DNA from: Candidatus Latescibacterota bacterium
Lineage (GTDB): Bacteria > Latescibacterota > UBA2968 > UBA8231
Assembly (NCBI GenBank): GCA_965221775.1
Contig: CBDCSU010000006.1
Span: 704,001-768,000, forward strand
Reading direction: 5' to 3'
Length of the DNA: 64,000 bases
Under the pieces are notes generated by a model that was given only the letters and a program-made list of their open reading frames with translations, had not been told where the DNA came from and made no database searches. Shown piece after piece: positions 28,841 through 38,765 of this stretch; position 1 is the first letter of the stretch; each line of letters begins with the position of its first letter. A program made the position numbers and the translations under genes.

Positions 28841-29992
28841 TCAGGGCAGCGCCTCGATAAGCCGGCTCACGTCTTCCTGATTGTTGTAGACCGAGGGCGA
28901 CAGCCTCAGCTTGTCGCCGAAGCGCATGGCCACGTGCACGCCGGCCTCGCGGGTGCGCCGCACGGCCGCCTCCGGGTCGGGGGTGACGAAGGCGAGGATG
29001 GGGCTCTCGTTGCCGCGCGGCGTGATCGGCCGGTAACCCTTGGCGGGCAGCTCCTCCTGCAGGCGGTCGGTGAGGCCGCGCACGTGGCCGCGGATGTTCT
29101 CCACCCCCAGGTCGAGGATGTAGCGCAGGCTCTGCTGGGCGGCGATCACGCCCTCGTAGGAGGGATAGCTCACCTCCCAGGCCGTGGCGTCGTCCCGGGT
29201 CATGACGCTGACCTCGGGGCGCCCGCTCTCCGCGTCCCTCCAGGGCGGGTAGTTGAGGCGGACCGAGCCCGAGGGCTGCGACGCCTTGACCACCGTGTGC
29301 TGCAGGTCCCGCCGCACGTAGAGGAAGCCGAAGCCCTTCACCCCCATGAGCCACTTGAAGGTCGAGCAGGCGGCCATGTCGATGCCCATGGCGCCCACGT
29401 CGATGGGCACGGCGCCGACGGCCTGCATGATGTCGGCGTAGAGGTAGGCGCCGCGGGCGTGGGCCAGCTCGCTCAGGGCGGCCACGTCGGCAAGCAAGCC
29501 GTTGACGTTGGAGACCAGGGCCACCGAAACCAGCCGCGTGTCCTTGTCGATGGCGGCGGCCATGGCATCCATGTCGATGCGCCAGTCGCGGTTGCGCACG
29601 ATCCGCACCTCCAGGCCGGCGGCCTCCCTCACTTTGTAGTTGCAGAGGCATGCCGAGAAAGCCAGGTCGTTGGTAACGATGTTGCCGCCGGCGAGGTGAT
29701 CGGCCATGCCGTTGAGCACGTTGCTCTCGGCCTCCACGGTGCTGCGGGCGAAGGCGATCTCCCCCGGGTCGGCGTGGATCAGCCGCGCGAAGAGGTGGCG
29801 CGCCTCGTCGCGGGGCGGCGCCCAGTCCGGCCACCAGGGATCGCCCACGTTGTGGGTGACCCAGTCGACGTAGCGGTGCAGGGCCGCGGAGGTGTGGACG
29901 CTGACGGGGTGGGAGGAGGCGTTGTCGAAGTAGGCGGCGGTGCGCGCCCGGGGGAAGTCGGCGCGCACGCGATCGAAGTCGGGAGTGGTCAC
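28841..29992 (-). CDS. Aminotransferase class V-fold PLP enzyme (cysteine desulfurase/selenocysteine lyase-like)
   Basis: YFDNASS, YADIMQAVG, CSTFKWLMG, RLSPSVYN. Confidence 0.88.
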   Translation of the reverse strand: MTTPDFDRVRADFPRARTAAYFDNASSHPVSVHTSAALHRYVDWVTHNVGDPWWPDWAPPRDEARHLFARLIHADPGEIAFARSTVEAESNVLNGMADHLAGGNIVTNDLAFSACLCNYKVREAAGLEVRIVRNRDWRIDMDAMAAAIDKDTRLVSVALVSNVNGLLADVAALSELAHARGAYLYADIMQAVGAVPIDVGAMGIDMAACSTFKWLMGVKGFGFLYVRRDLQHTVVKASQPSGSVRLNYPPWRDAESGRPEVSVMTRDDATAWEVSYPSYEGVIAAQQSLRYILDLGVENIRGHVRGLTDRLQEELPAKGYRPITPRGNESPILAFVTPDPEAAVRRTREAGVHVAMRFGDKLRLSPSVYNNQEDVSRLIEALP

Positions 29993-30048
29993 GGGATGGA
30001 CCTCCGGCGGGCCGGGGTTATCTTCCCCGCCGTCTCGGGGAGAGAGGT

Positions 30049-30810
30049 ATGCTGACAGAGGGACAGACAGAGAGCTTCCGGGAGGACGGGTTCCTCATCG
30101 TCCGCGGTCTGCTCGAGCCGGCGGAGGTGGAGGCGATGAAGGCCCGCGCCGAGCTGATCTCGCGCGGAGAGGCGGGCCACGTCGACCCCGCCTGGCTCCA
30201 GCTCGAGCCCGCGGTGGCCGCCGGCGAGGCCGAGGCCGGCGGCCGGGCCGACTCCCTGAGGAAGATGAGCCACGTCGCCTTCGTGGACGGCGTCTTCCGC
30301 ACCCACGCCCTGAACCCGCGCATCCTCGACTGCGTGGAGTCCCTCCTCGGCCGCGACATCAAGCTCTACCAGGACCAGCTGTTCATGAAGCCGCCCCGCA
30401 TCGGCTCGCGCCAGGCCTACCACCAGGACCAGCCCCTCGGCTTCCACGTCGACCCGCCCGACCGCATGGTCACGTGCTGGGCGGCGCTGGACGAGGCGAC
30501 GATCCCCAACGGCTGCCTGTGGATGCTGCCGGGCACGCACCGCCACGGCTGGATCGAGCAGGAGCGCTGGCGCGAGTTCGAGCGCCGCTCCCTCGCCGGC
30601 GAGCTGCCCGAGGAGCGGCCGGTGGAGCTGGCGCCCGGAGACTGCAGCTTCCACCACGGCCACATCCTCCACGGCAGCCGGCCGAACACCACCGGCCGGC
30701 GCCGCTGGGGCTACGCCACCCACTACGTCAGCGCCCACTGCCGCTTCACCGGCGAAGGCCGCAGCGACGCCATCCTCGCCCGGGGCCGCTCGATCCCCGG
30801 GTGCCTCTGA
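30049..30810 (+). CDS. PhyH family dioxygenase
   Basis: FREDGFLIVRGLL, FMKPP, YHQD, NGCLWMLPGTH, HGSRPN. Confidence 0.92.
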   Translation: MLTEGQTESFREDGFLIVRGLLEPAEVEAMKARAELISRGEAGHVDPAWLQLEPAVAAGEAEAGGRADSLRKMSHVAFVDGVFRTHALNPRILDCVESLLGRDIKLYQDQLFMKPPRIGSRQAYHQDQPLGFHVDPPDRMVTCWAALDEATIPNGCLWMLPGTHRHGWIEQERWREFERRSLAGELPEERPVELAPGDCSFHHGHILHGSRPNTTGRRRWGYATHYVSAHCRFTGEGRSDAILARGRSIPGCL

Positions 30811-30827
30811 AGCCCGCGGCAAGGAAC

Positions 30828-31253
30828 TCAAGGGGCGGCCTCCCCCGCCGCGTCCAGCAGCGCCTGCACCTCCGGCGTCAGGCGCGGCCTCCCGTCGATG
30901 ACGCCGGTCCCCTCCATGCGCGCCCGCACCACCGGCTCTTCCCCGGGCAGGCGGAAGATCTCCTGGTCGAAGATCCAGCGGACGCGCCCTCCGCGCCCCA
31001 GGCGCGAGCCCACGACGAAGCGGTCCCCCGACCTGAGCGGGGCCAGGTAGTCGACCTCGGACCGCATGAGCACGAGATCGCAGCCCTGCTCGTGGAGGCG
31101 CGCGAAATCGAGCCCCGTCTCCAGCAGGCAGCGGTGCCGGGCGTGCTCCAGGTAGTTGAGGTAGACCGCGTTGTTGACCACCCCCTGCAGGTCGCACTCG
31201 TAGTCCCGCACCTCGAGCTCGATCTCGAAGGGGTAGTCCCGGCGGCGGCTCAC
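30828..31253 (-). CDS. Acyl-CoA thioesterase (4HBT/YbgC family)
   Basis: VRDYECDLQGVVNNAVYLNYLEHAR. Confidence 0.9.
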   Translation of the reverse strand: MSRRRDYPFEIELEVRDYECDLQGVVNNAVYLNYLEHARHRCLLETGLDFARLHEQGCDLVLMRSEVDYLAPLRSGDRFVVGSRLGRGGRVRWIFDQEIFRLPGEEPVVRARMEGTGVIDGRPRLTPEVQALLDAAGEAAP

Positions 31254-31321
31254 GCGGGCTGTCTCACGGGGTGTTTTGCCGCCTCCGGCGACGGCCTATA
31301 CTCGACGGGAAAGGAGCGACC

Positions 31322-32275
31322 ATGATACGTATCTCCGTCTGGCACGGCGACCTCTCCGACAGCTACCTGCGGCTGGTGACACAGCTCGGGGCCGACTGCC
31401 TCGACTTCGGGCAGGGGAGCTTCTGGCCGGGGGTGAAGGAGCAGGGCTACCCGGACGCCGGGCAGGTGCGGGCCATCCGCCGCCGGGTCCGCGACTTCGG
31501 CCTCGACATCAACCGCGTCTCCCTGCCCGACATGACCGAGGAGTTCTTCTCCGGGGGCCCCGGCGCCGAGCGCGAGCTGGACAACAGCTGCCGGGCCCTG
31601 GAGGCCTTCGCCGAGGCCGGCGCGCCGATCGCCCGGCAGCGCGTCGCCGGCGACACCTTCCCGTGGATGATGAGCCGCTACCGCGCCGTGCACCGGGGCG
31701 GCTACCGCTCCCGGGGCGAGACCCTGGCGCGGGACCCCGAGCCGGCGCCGGACCGAGAGGCCCTGGACCGCTGGTGGGAGCGGTTCCTAGTCCTCTACGG
31801 GCGCCTCGTGCCGATCGCCGAGGAGCGCGGTATCCGGCTGGCCATGCATCCCTCGGACGTGCCCAACGTGGACACACCCTTCGGCGGACTCGGCTTCCAC
31901 CGCATCATCGACGCCTTCCCGTCGCGCCAGGTGGGCTACCTCTACTGCTGCGGCACCCGCGCCGAGGCCGGCGGCGGCTCCCTGGTCATGGACGAGATCC
32001 ACAACTACGGCCGCAAGGGGCGCCTCTTCACCCTCCACATGCGCAACGTGCGCGGCTCCCTGGCCACGGCGGGCGCCTTCGAGGAGACCCTGCTCGACGA
32101 CGGCGACATCAACATGTTCAAGGTCCTGCTGGAACTGCGGCGGGTCGGCTTCGACGGCTGCATCAACCCCGACCACATCCCCCAGGTGGAGGGCGACGGC
32201 GAGGGCGTGCACCAGGGCCTGGCCTACTCCATCGGTTACCTGCGCGCCCTGCTGGCCGCGCTCGCCGCTTCCTGA
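31322..32275 (+). CDS. Mannonate dehydratase family protein (UxuA-like)
   Basis: LVPIAEERGIRLAMHPSD, LHMRNVRG, FEET, GDINM, PDHIP, AYSIGYLRALL. Confidence 0.8.
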   Translation: MIRISVWHGDLSDSYLRLVTQLGADCLDFGQGSFWPGVKEQGYPDAGQVRAIRRRVRDFGLDINRVSLPDMTEEFFSGGPGAERELDNSCRALEAFAEAGAPIARQRVAGDTFPWMMSRYRAVHRGGYRSRGETLARDPEPAPDREALDRWWERFLVLYGRLVPIAEERGIRLAMHPSDVPNVDTPFGGLGFHRIIDAFPSRQVGYLYCCGTRAEAGGGSLVMDEIHNYGRKGRLFTLHMRNVRGSLATAGAFEETLLDDGDINMFKVLLELRRVGFDGCINPDHIPQVEGDGEGVHQGLAYSIGYLRALLAALAAS

Positions 32276-32294
32276 CAAGAGAGAGAGGACGCCC

Positions 32295-33521
32295 GTGAGC
32301 GAAGTGAACGAGAGCCCCAGGATCGCCGCCGTGGTCACCGAGTACCGGCCGCGGTCCCACGCCGACGTCATCGTCGGCAAGTTCCTGCGCGGCTTCCCCA
32401 CCGACGACGGGTTCGTCGACCCGCGCACGCGGATCGTCTCCCTCTACATGGACCAGGTGGCGGAGAACGACATCGGCATGGAGACGGCCGAGGCCTTCGG
32501 CGTGCCCGTGAGCCGCAGCATCGTCCAGGCCCTGACCCTCGGCGGCGGGGAGCTGGCCGTGGACGGGGTCCTGCTCATCGGCGAGCACGGCGACTACGCC
32601 TTCAACGAGAAGGAGCAGCACCTCTACCCCCGGCGTCACTTCATGGAGCAGATCACGGGCGTGTTCTCCACCAGCGGCGGGGCGGCGCCGGTCTTCAACG
32701 ACAAGCACCTGTCGTGGCGCTGGCAGGACGCCCTGTGGATGCGCGACCGCGCCGCCGAGCTGGGGGCGCCCTTCATGGCCGGCTCCTCCCTGCCCGTCTG
32801 CTGGCGCGACCCCTTCCTCGAGCACGAGCTCGACGCGCCGCTGCAGGAGGCGGTGGCCGTGGGGTTCTCCGGCCTCGACATCTACGGCTTCCACACCCTC
32901 GAGGTGCTGCAGTGCATGGCGGAGCGCCGCGCCGGGGGCGAGACCGGGGTCGCCGCCGTCACCTGCCTGGAGGGCGAGGCGGCCTGGGCCCACGGCCGCG
33001 GCGAGGGCGCCTGGTGGCGGGAACTGGCCGGGGCGGCGTGCGCCACCGTGGACGGGAGCGGGCGCAAGGAGGAGGGCGAGATGGAGGACCACTGCGAGAA
33101 CCCGGCCCTCTTTCTATTGGAGTACCGCGACGGCTTCCGCGGCGCCGTGGTCATGCTCAACGGCTATCTCCACGAGCTGGCCTACGCCTCGCGGCGCACC
33201 CGCGGCGAGGTGGAGGCGACCTGGTTCAAGTGCCAGGGCCACGGCGGCGAGCAGGGCGCCTACGCCCACTTCAGCTACCTGGGGCTGAACGTGGAGGAGA
33301 TGTTCCTCGGCGGCCGGGCGCAGTACCCGGTGGAGCGCACCCTGCTCACCAGCGGCGTGCTGGAGGCGGCGCTGACCTCCCGCTACGAGGGGCACGTCCG
33401 CCTGGAGACGCCCTGGCTCGACGTGGCCTACCGCTCCTTCGAGGAGCTGCTCTGGCGGCCCACCGCTCCCTCGCCCGGCGGCGCTTGCCTCGACCCCTGG
33501 CCGCCGGAGGGCTCGCCGTGA
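32295..33521 (+). CDS. Conserved hypothetical protein (Gfo/Idh/MocA-like oxidoreductase fold)
   Basis: SHADVIVGKFL, VDGVLLIGEHGDY, PVFNDKHLS, FMAGSSLP, YGFHTLE. Confidence 0.65.
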   Translation: MSEVNESPRIAAVVTEYRPRSHADVIVGKFLRGFPTDDGFVDPRTRIVSLYMDQVAENDIGMETAEAFGVPVSRSIVQALTLGGGELAVDGVLLIGEHGDYAFNEKEQHLYPRRHFMEQITGVFSTSGGAAPVFNDKHLSWRWQDALWMRDRAAELGAPFMAGSSLPVCWRDPFLEHELDAPLQEAVAVGFSGLDIYGFHTLEVLQCMAERRAGGETGVAAVTCLEGEAAWAHGRGEGAWWRELAGAACATVDGSGRKEEGEMEDHCENPALFLLEYRDGFRGAVVMLNGYLHELAYASRRTRGEVEATWFKCQGHGGEQGAYAHFSYLGLNVEEMFLGGRAQYPVERTLLTSGVLEAALTSRYEGHVRLETPWLDVAYRSFEELLWRPTAPSPGGACLDPWPPEGSP

Positions 33522-34348
33522 GGGGCCCGGTCACCATCACGGGCTTCGCCGACGAGATCGCCGCCGACGGCGGCGAGCAGATCGACGGGCTGCTGGCCGC
33601 GGGGGTGCGCCACGTGGAGGTCCGGCGCGCCGGCGGGACCAACGTCCTGGACCTGTCCGACGACGAGACCGCGGCCTTCCGCCGGCAACTGGATGACGCG
33701 GGCATCACCGTCTCGAGCGTGGGTTCCCCCATCGGCAAGACGCCGCTCCGCTCCGACCTGGAGGCCCACTTCGCCCGCTTGCTGGTCGCCCTGCGCCGCG
33801 CCGACCAGCTCGGCTGCCGCTTCGTGCGCGTGTTCTCCTTCCGCCACGAGGGCGAGACGGCGGAGCAGGTGCGCGGCGAGGTGATCGAACAGATGCGGCG
33901 CATGACGGATGCCGCTGCCGAGGCCGGGATCACCCTGGTCCTGGAGAACGAGAGCCGCATCTACGGCGACGTGCCCGAGCGCTGCGCCGACCTGATCGAG
34001 TCGGTGGGAAGCCCTCATCTGCGCGGTCTCTTCGACCCGGCGAACTTCGTCACCTGCGGCTGCGATCCGCTGCAGGCCTGGGAGCGCCTCGCCGATCACG
34101 TGATCTGGTTTCACATCAAGGACAAGGTCGCCGCGACCGACCGCGTGGTCCCCGCCGGACACGGCGACGGCGAGGTGGAGGCGGTGCTCGCGGACGCTCT
34201 CGACCGCGGCTTCAGCGGCTTCCTGTCGATCGAGCCGCACCTGAGAGCGGACGACCCCGACTTCGGCGGCACCGGCGCCGAGCGTTTCGCCATCGCCACG
34301 GCGGCCCTGCGGCGGGTGCTCGACCGGCTCGGGGCGGAGGAGGCCTGA
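33518..34348 (+). CDS. Sugar phosphate isomerase/epimerase (xylose isomerase-like TIM barrel)
   Basis: TGFADEI, GSPIGK, LENE, FDPANF, HIKD, SIEPHL; GTGA overlap. Confidence 0.88.
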   Translation: MRGPVTITGFADEIAADGGEQIDGLLAAGVRHVEVRRAGGTNVLDLSDDETAAFRRQLDDAGITVSSVGSPIGKTPLRSDLEAHFARLLVALRRADQLGCRFVRVFSFRHEGETAEQVRGEVIEQMRRMTDAAAEAGITLVLENESRIYGDVPERCADLIESVGSPHLRGLFDPANFVTCGCDPLQAWERLADHVIWFHIKDKVAATDRVVPAGHGDGEVEAVLADALDRGFSGFLSIEPHLRADDPDFGGTGAERFAIATAALRRVLDRLGAEEA

Positions 34349-34536
34349 TGGCGCGCCGCCCGGAGCAGCCGCTTGCGCGACCGGCGGGGACCGGTTCACC
34401 GGGGCGCCTGTCTCCGCATCGCCGGACGGCGGGTCCCTCGCCCGGCCTCCGATCCTTGTGCGGACCTCCGGGGCCGCCGCCTCTGCTCTCAACATCCGCC
34501 GGACGGCGGGACCGCCGACACCAAGGAGCCAACCTC

Positions 34537-35640
34537 ATGAAACGATCACTGCTCGCCGTGACATCCCTGCTCGCGATCCTGCTCGTCCACGCCGCTCCCG
34601 CCGCCTTCGCGGAGGGAGAGGGGGACAGGTTTGACGCGCGGACCAGTCTGGACCTCTACGCAGGAGACCCGGACATCGTGCTCGCGGAGGCCCGCCTGGA
34701 GGTCCTCTACGACGGCGCCTTCTTCAGCGAGGGTCCGGCGGTGGCCCCCGACAACCGCGTCTACTTCAGCGACATCACCTTCACCCATGTCGCCGGCGAC
34801 CCGCCCCAGGCCGGCCACATCATGCGCTACGACCCGGAGACCGGCCGCACCGAGGTCTTCCGCTCGCCGAGCGGCATGTCCAACGGCCTGAAGTTCGACG
34901 CCGGGGGGCGGCTGATCGCCTGCGAGGGCGCCGACCACGGCGGGCGGCGAGTGACGCGCACCGACATGGCGACCGGCAAGTCGGTGATCCTGGCCAGCCA
35001 CTACAACGGCTTCCGCCTCAACGCGCCCAACGACCTCTCCATCGACGAGAAGGGCCGCATCTACTTCTCCGATCCGAAGTACCTCGGCCACGAGCCGATG
35101 GAGCAGGAGGTCTTCGGCGTCTACCGCATCGACCCCGACGGCTCGATCACGCGCATCATCACCGACGCCGGCAAGCCCAACGGCGTCGCCGTGTCACCGG
35201 ACCAGAAGAGCCTCTACGTCGTCTCCAACGACAACGGCAGCCACGCCTTCGACCGCTTTCCGCCGGGCACCCCGCCACCGCCCAAGGGCCGCATGGCGCT
35301 GCTGGCCTACGACCTGGCCGAGGACGGCTCGGCCTCCTTCCGCGAGATCCTGGTCGACTACGCCCCCCAGGACGGCCCCGACGGCCTGGTCTGCGACGTC
35401 GAGGGCAACCTCTACGTGGCGGTGCGCGACATGACCCGCCCCGGCATCTACGTGTACTCGCCCGAGGGCGAGGAGCGCGCCTGGATCCCCACGCCGACCC
35501 TGCCCACCAACGTCGGCTTCGGCCGCGGCGAGCGGTCGCGGACGCTGTACGTGACCTACGGCGACCGCTCCCAAGGCCAGGCCTCGGTGCTGGCGAAGAT
35601 CGAGGTGATGAAGGAGGGGTACCAGTTGCCGGCGGAGTAG
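34537..35640 (+). CDS. SMP-30/gluconolactonase family protein, exported
   Basis: Signal peptide; SEGP, YFSD, SNGL, LNAPND, PNGVAVSPD, GPDGL..D..GNLYV; RBS AAGGAG. Confidence 0.92.
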   Translation: MKRSLLAVTSLLAILLVHAAPAAFAEGEGDRFDARTSLDLYAGDPDIVLAEARLEVLYDGAFFSEGPAVAPDNRVYFSDITFTHVAGDPPQAGHIMRYDPETGRTEVFRSPSGMSNGLKFDAGGRLIACEGADHGGRRVTRTDMATGKSVILASHYNGFRLNAPNDLSIDEKGRIYFSDPKYLGHEPMEQEVFGVYRIDPDGSITRIITDAGKPNGVAVSPDQKSLYVVSNDNGSHAFDRFPPGTPPPPKGRMALLAYDLAEDGSASFREILVDYAPQDGPDGLVCDVEGNLYVAVRDMTRPGIYVYSPEGEERAWIPTPTLPTNVGFGRGERSRTLYVTYGDRSQGQASVLAKIEVMKEGYQLPAE

Positions 35641-35826
35641 CGGCAGCCCAATCCCATTCTTTGCAGAACAGGATTTGGATTCCTAATTGGTAAAGAAATC
35701 CTGCCAAGGGCGAACGGAGCTGCCGGTGGAGCAGGACTACTACCTCGTCTACGGAGGCGAGGAGAGCCAGGACCGCGCCCACGGCACCGTCCTGGGGTGG
35801 CGGGATACGGGGGAGCTGGCCAGGGG

Positions 35827-37218
35827 CTAACCCGGGATCTGCAGCGGCGCGCAGGGAAGCACCGCCACCCGCAGATTTCCCGCGGGCAGGTCCGCAACCA
35901 GCTCGTCCCAGGAGCCGTAGCGGCGGCTGTTGGGAAACTGGACCCGCCGCTTCCACTCCGGGAAGCCCTCCGAGCACATGATCAGCGGCGCCCGCCGGGC
36001 CATGACCCGCTTGGCCGCCGTGTTGCGGCGGATGGTGCCCCTCCCCTCCTCGTAGGCGCGGTAGCTGACGTCGGTGCGGTCCGCCTCGCGCCGCAGGCGG
36101 CGGTGGCCCAGCTCGCGCAGGGGGGCCAGCCCGAGGAGGGCCCCCGCGAGTCCCCGGCAGCAGCCGTTGGTGCGCGCCTGGCTGATGGCGCCGCAGAGCA
36201 TGTTGATCAGCGAGGCCTTCTGGAACTCGCTCCAGCCGTGGTAGGCGATGCCGTCGCAGGCGGGGTCGTGGAGGACCAGCCGCGCCTTGGGGAAGACCCG
36301 CCGCGGCCACTGCGACTTGGAGACCTGCACGGGATCGGCGTCGAGGGGGTAGGCGTTGGCGATCACGAGGTCCGCCTCCCGCCGCAGCTCCTCCGGGATC
36401 TCGGTGCGGTAGATGCGGCGGGCCTGCTCCACCGCCCCGGCGTGGGCGCCCCCCGGCTCGCCGGCGGTGACGGCGGCGATCTGCCGCCGGGAGTTGACCA
36501 CCACGTTCACGGAGAAGCCGAGGCCGGCGCGCCCGGCGAAGGCCTCGATCACCTCGCGGGCGTCCGGGCGGCGGGAGGCCGGCTCGGTGCCGCCGCGGGG
36601 GCGCTTGGCCTCGAAGCTGTGCAGCTCGGCGATGCTGAGGATCCCGGCGCAGCCGGGCAGCAGGATCTTGCAGCCGCCGCTGAAGCCGGTCATGGTGTGG
36701 GGCAGGACGCAGCTGACGCCGATGACGATTCCGGCGTCCATCACCCGGCCGTTGACGATCACCGGCATGCCGGAGGGCAGCCGCCCGAGGTCGCGCAGGT
36801 CCGGGCCGAAGGCGTCGTGGCAGTGGACGGGGTAGCGGCGGCAGATCTCGGCGCCCAGCTTGCGCTCCATCTCGTCTCGCGTGAGCGGCCGGTGCGAGCC
36901 GGTGGCCACGAGGAAGGAGATGCCGCCCTCGGGCACGCCGGCCTCGGCCAGGATCTTCAGCAGGTGGGGGACAATGCGGTGCGCCGGCGTCGGCCGGCCG
37001 AGGTCGTCGACGACGATGAGCGCCGTCCCCTTGCCGCGGGCGGTTTCTTGCAGGGGCGGGCCGGCGGTGGGCTCGCGCAGGGCGCGGAGGAGGTCCTCCT
37101 GGGAGAGCTCCGGCGCATCGGCCGGCGGCAGGACCTCGACGCTCCAGGCGTCGGGCACGGCCAGCTCGACATCGGTGTCGCCGTGCCAAGCGCGGGAACG
37201 CAGGGAGATCCGTACCAT
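35827..37218 (-). CDS. LarA (nickel-pincer lactate racemase) family homolog
   Basis: VVDDLGRPTP, VATGSHR, PHTMTGFSGGCKILLPG. Confidence 0.85.
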   Translation of the reverse strand: MVRISLRSRAWHGDTDVELAVPDAWSVEVLPPADAPELSQEDLLRALREPTAGPPLQETARGKGTALIVVDDLGRPTPAHRIVPHLLKILAEAGVPEGGISFLVATGSHRPLTRDEMERKLGAEICRRYPVHCHDAFGPDLRDLGRLPSGMPVIVNGRVMDAGIVIGVSCVLPHTMTGFSGGCKILLPGCAGILSIAELHSFEAKRPRGGTEPASRRPDAREVIEAFAGRAGLGFSVNVVVNSRRQIAAVTAGEPGGAHAGAVEQARRIYRTEIPEELRREADLVIANAYPLDADPVQVSKSQWPRRVFPKARLVLHDPACDGIAYHGWSEFQKASLINMLCGAISQARTNGCCRGLAGALLGLAPLRELGHRRLRREADRTDVSYRAYEEGRGTIRRNTAAKRVMARRAPLIMCSEGFPEWKRRVQFPNSRRYGSWDELVADLPAGNLRVAVLPCAPLQIPG

Positions 37219-37457
37219 CAGCGAATGGATGCGGTCGAGGGCGCCTGAGTAAGGGATGCCCGGGGGAGCCCGGGGCGCGGCCGGCGGAGACTCTCCGGGG
37301 AGGCTCGGAGACCGCCGGGCGCTGCACGATCGTCACCGGAATGTAACGACGGGTCCGGCCTCCTGTCACGGCCGCCGGCGCCTCTGTCCGGGGCCGGCGG
37401 GGCTCCGTAGCTTCAGGGTTTCCACGCCGCTCCGGCCAACCAGAGGACCGCCTCCAC

Positions 37458-38765
37458 ATGTCCCGTTCCCAGTCGACTTCCGCCGCCTTTCACGACCGCG
37501 CCGCCCGCGTGATCCCCGGCGGCGTCAACAGCCCGGTGCGCGCCTTCCAGGCCGTGGGCGGCGAGCCCCTCTTCATCCGCGAAGGCAACGGCGCCGAGAT
37601 CGTCGACGCCGACGGCAACACCTACATCGACTATGTCGGCTCCTGGGGGCCGCTGATCCTCGGACACCGGCCGCCCGTGGTCGTCGAGGCCCTGGCCGAG
37701 GTCCTCGAGCGCGGCACCAGCTTCGGGGCGCCCACCGACATCGAGGTGGAGATGGCCGAGCTGATCTGCGAGATCGTGCCCTCGGTGGAGATGGTGCGCA
37801 TGGTGAACTCCGGCACCGAGGCGTGCATGACCGCCCTGCGCCTGGCCCGCGGGGTCACCGGCCGCGACCACGTGATCAAGTTCAACGGCTGCTACCACGG
37901 CCACTCCGACGGGCTGCTGGTGGAGGCCGGCTCCGGCGTGGCCACCTTCGGCATCTCCGGCTCCCCCGGCGTGCCCGCCGACGTGGCCCGCTGCACGGCG
38001 AGCATCGAGTTCAACGACCTCGACCTGCTGCGGCGCACCGTCGACGGCATCGGCCCCGGGCAGGTGGCGGCCGTCATCCTCGAGCCGGTGCCCGGCAACA
38101 TGGGCCTCGTGCCGCCGCAGGAGGGCTTTCTCCAGGGCGTGCGCAACCTGTGCACCGAGCACGGCATCCTGCTGATCTTCGACGAAGTCATGACCGGTTT
38201 CCGCGTCGCCCTCGGCGGCGCCCAGGAGCGCTTCGGCATCACCCCCGACCTGAGCACGTACTCGAAGGTCATCGGCGGCGGCCTGCCGGTGGGCGCCTTC
38301 GGCGGCCGGGCGGAGCTGATGTCGCAGCTGGCTCCCGCCGGTCCCGTGTACCAGGCCGGCACCCTGTCGGGGAACCCCCTGGCCATGACCGCGGGACTCG
38401 CCACACTCCGCCACCTCCGCGACACCGACCCCTACGACGGACTCGAGGCCCTCGGGCGGCGCTGGGTCGAGGGCATGCGCTCCGCCGCGTCCGCCGCCGG
38501 CGTGCCGGCCACCGTCGGTCACTGCGGTTCCATGGTGGGCCTGTTCTTCCACCCCGGTCCGGTGCGCAGCTACGCCGACGCGAGCCAGTCCGACACCGGT
38601 CTCTTCCAGCGCTACTTCCGGGGCATGCTCGAGGAGGGGATCTACCTCGCCCCCTCCGCCTTCGAGGCCGGCTTCCTGTCGACGCGGCACACCGAGGAGA
38701 TGGTGGACCGCACCGTCGAGGCCGCGGGCCGGGTCCTCGGCCGCATTGCGCAGGACCCATCGTGA
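37458..38765 (+). CDS. hemL: Glutamate-1-semialdehyde 2,1-aminomutase
   Basis: IPGGVNSPVRAF, YIDYVGSWGPLILGH, NSGTEA, FDEVMTGFR, YQAGTLSGNPLAM. Confidence 0.97.
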   Translation: MSRSQSTSAAFHDRAARVIPGGVNSPVRAFQAVGGEPLFIREGNGAEIVDADGNTYIDYVGSWGPLILGHRPPVVVEALAEVLERGTSFGAPTDIEVEMAELICEIVPSVEMVRMVNSGTEACMTALRLARGVTGRDHVIKFNGCYHGHSDGLLVEAGSGVATFGISGSPGVPADVARCTASIEFNDLDLLRRTVDGIGPGQVAAVILEPVPGNMGLVPPQEGFLQGVRNLCTEHGILLIFDEVMTGFRVALGGAQERFGITPDLSTYSKVIGGGLPVGAFGGRAELMSQLAPAGPVYQAGTLSGNPLAMTAGLATLRHLRDTDPYDGLEALGRRWVEGMRSAASAAGVPATVGHCGSMVGLFFHPGPVRSYADASQSDTGLFQRYFRGMLEEGIYLAPSAFEAGFLSTRHTEEMVDRTVEAAGRVLGRIAQDPS

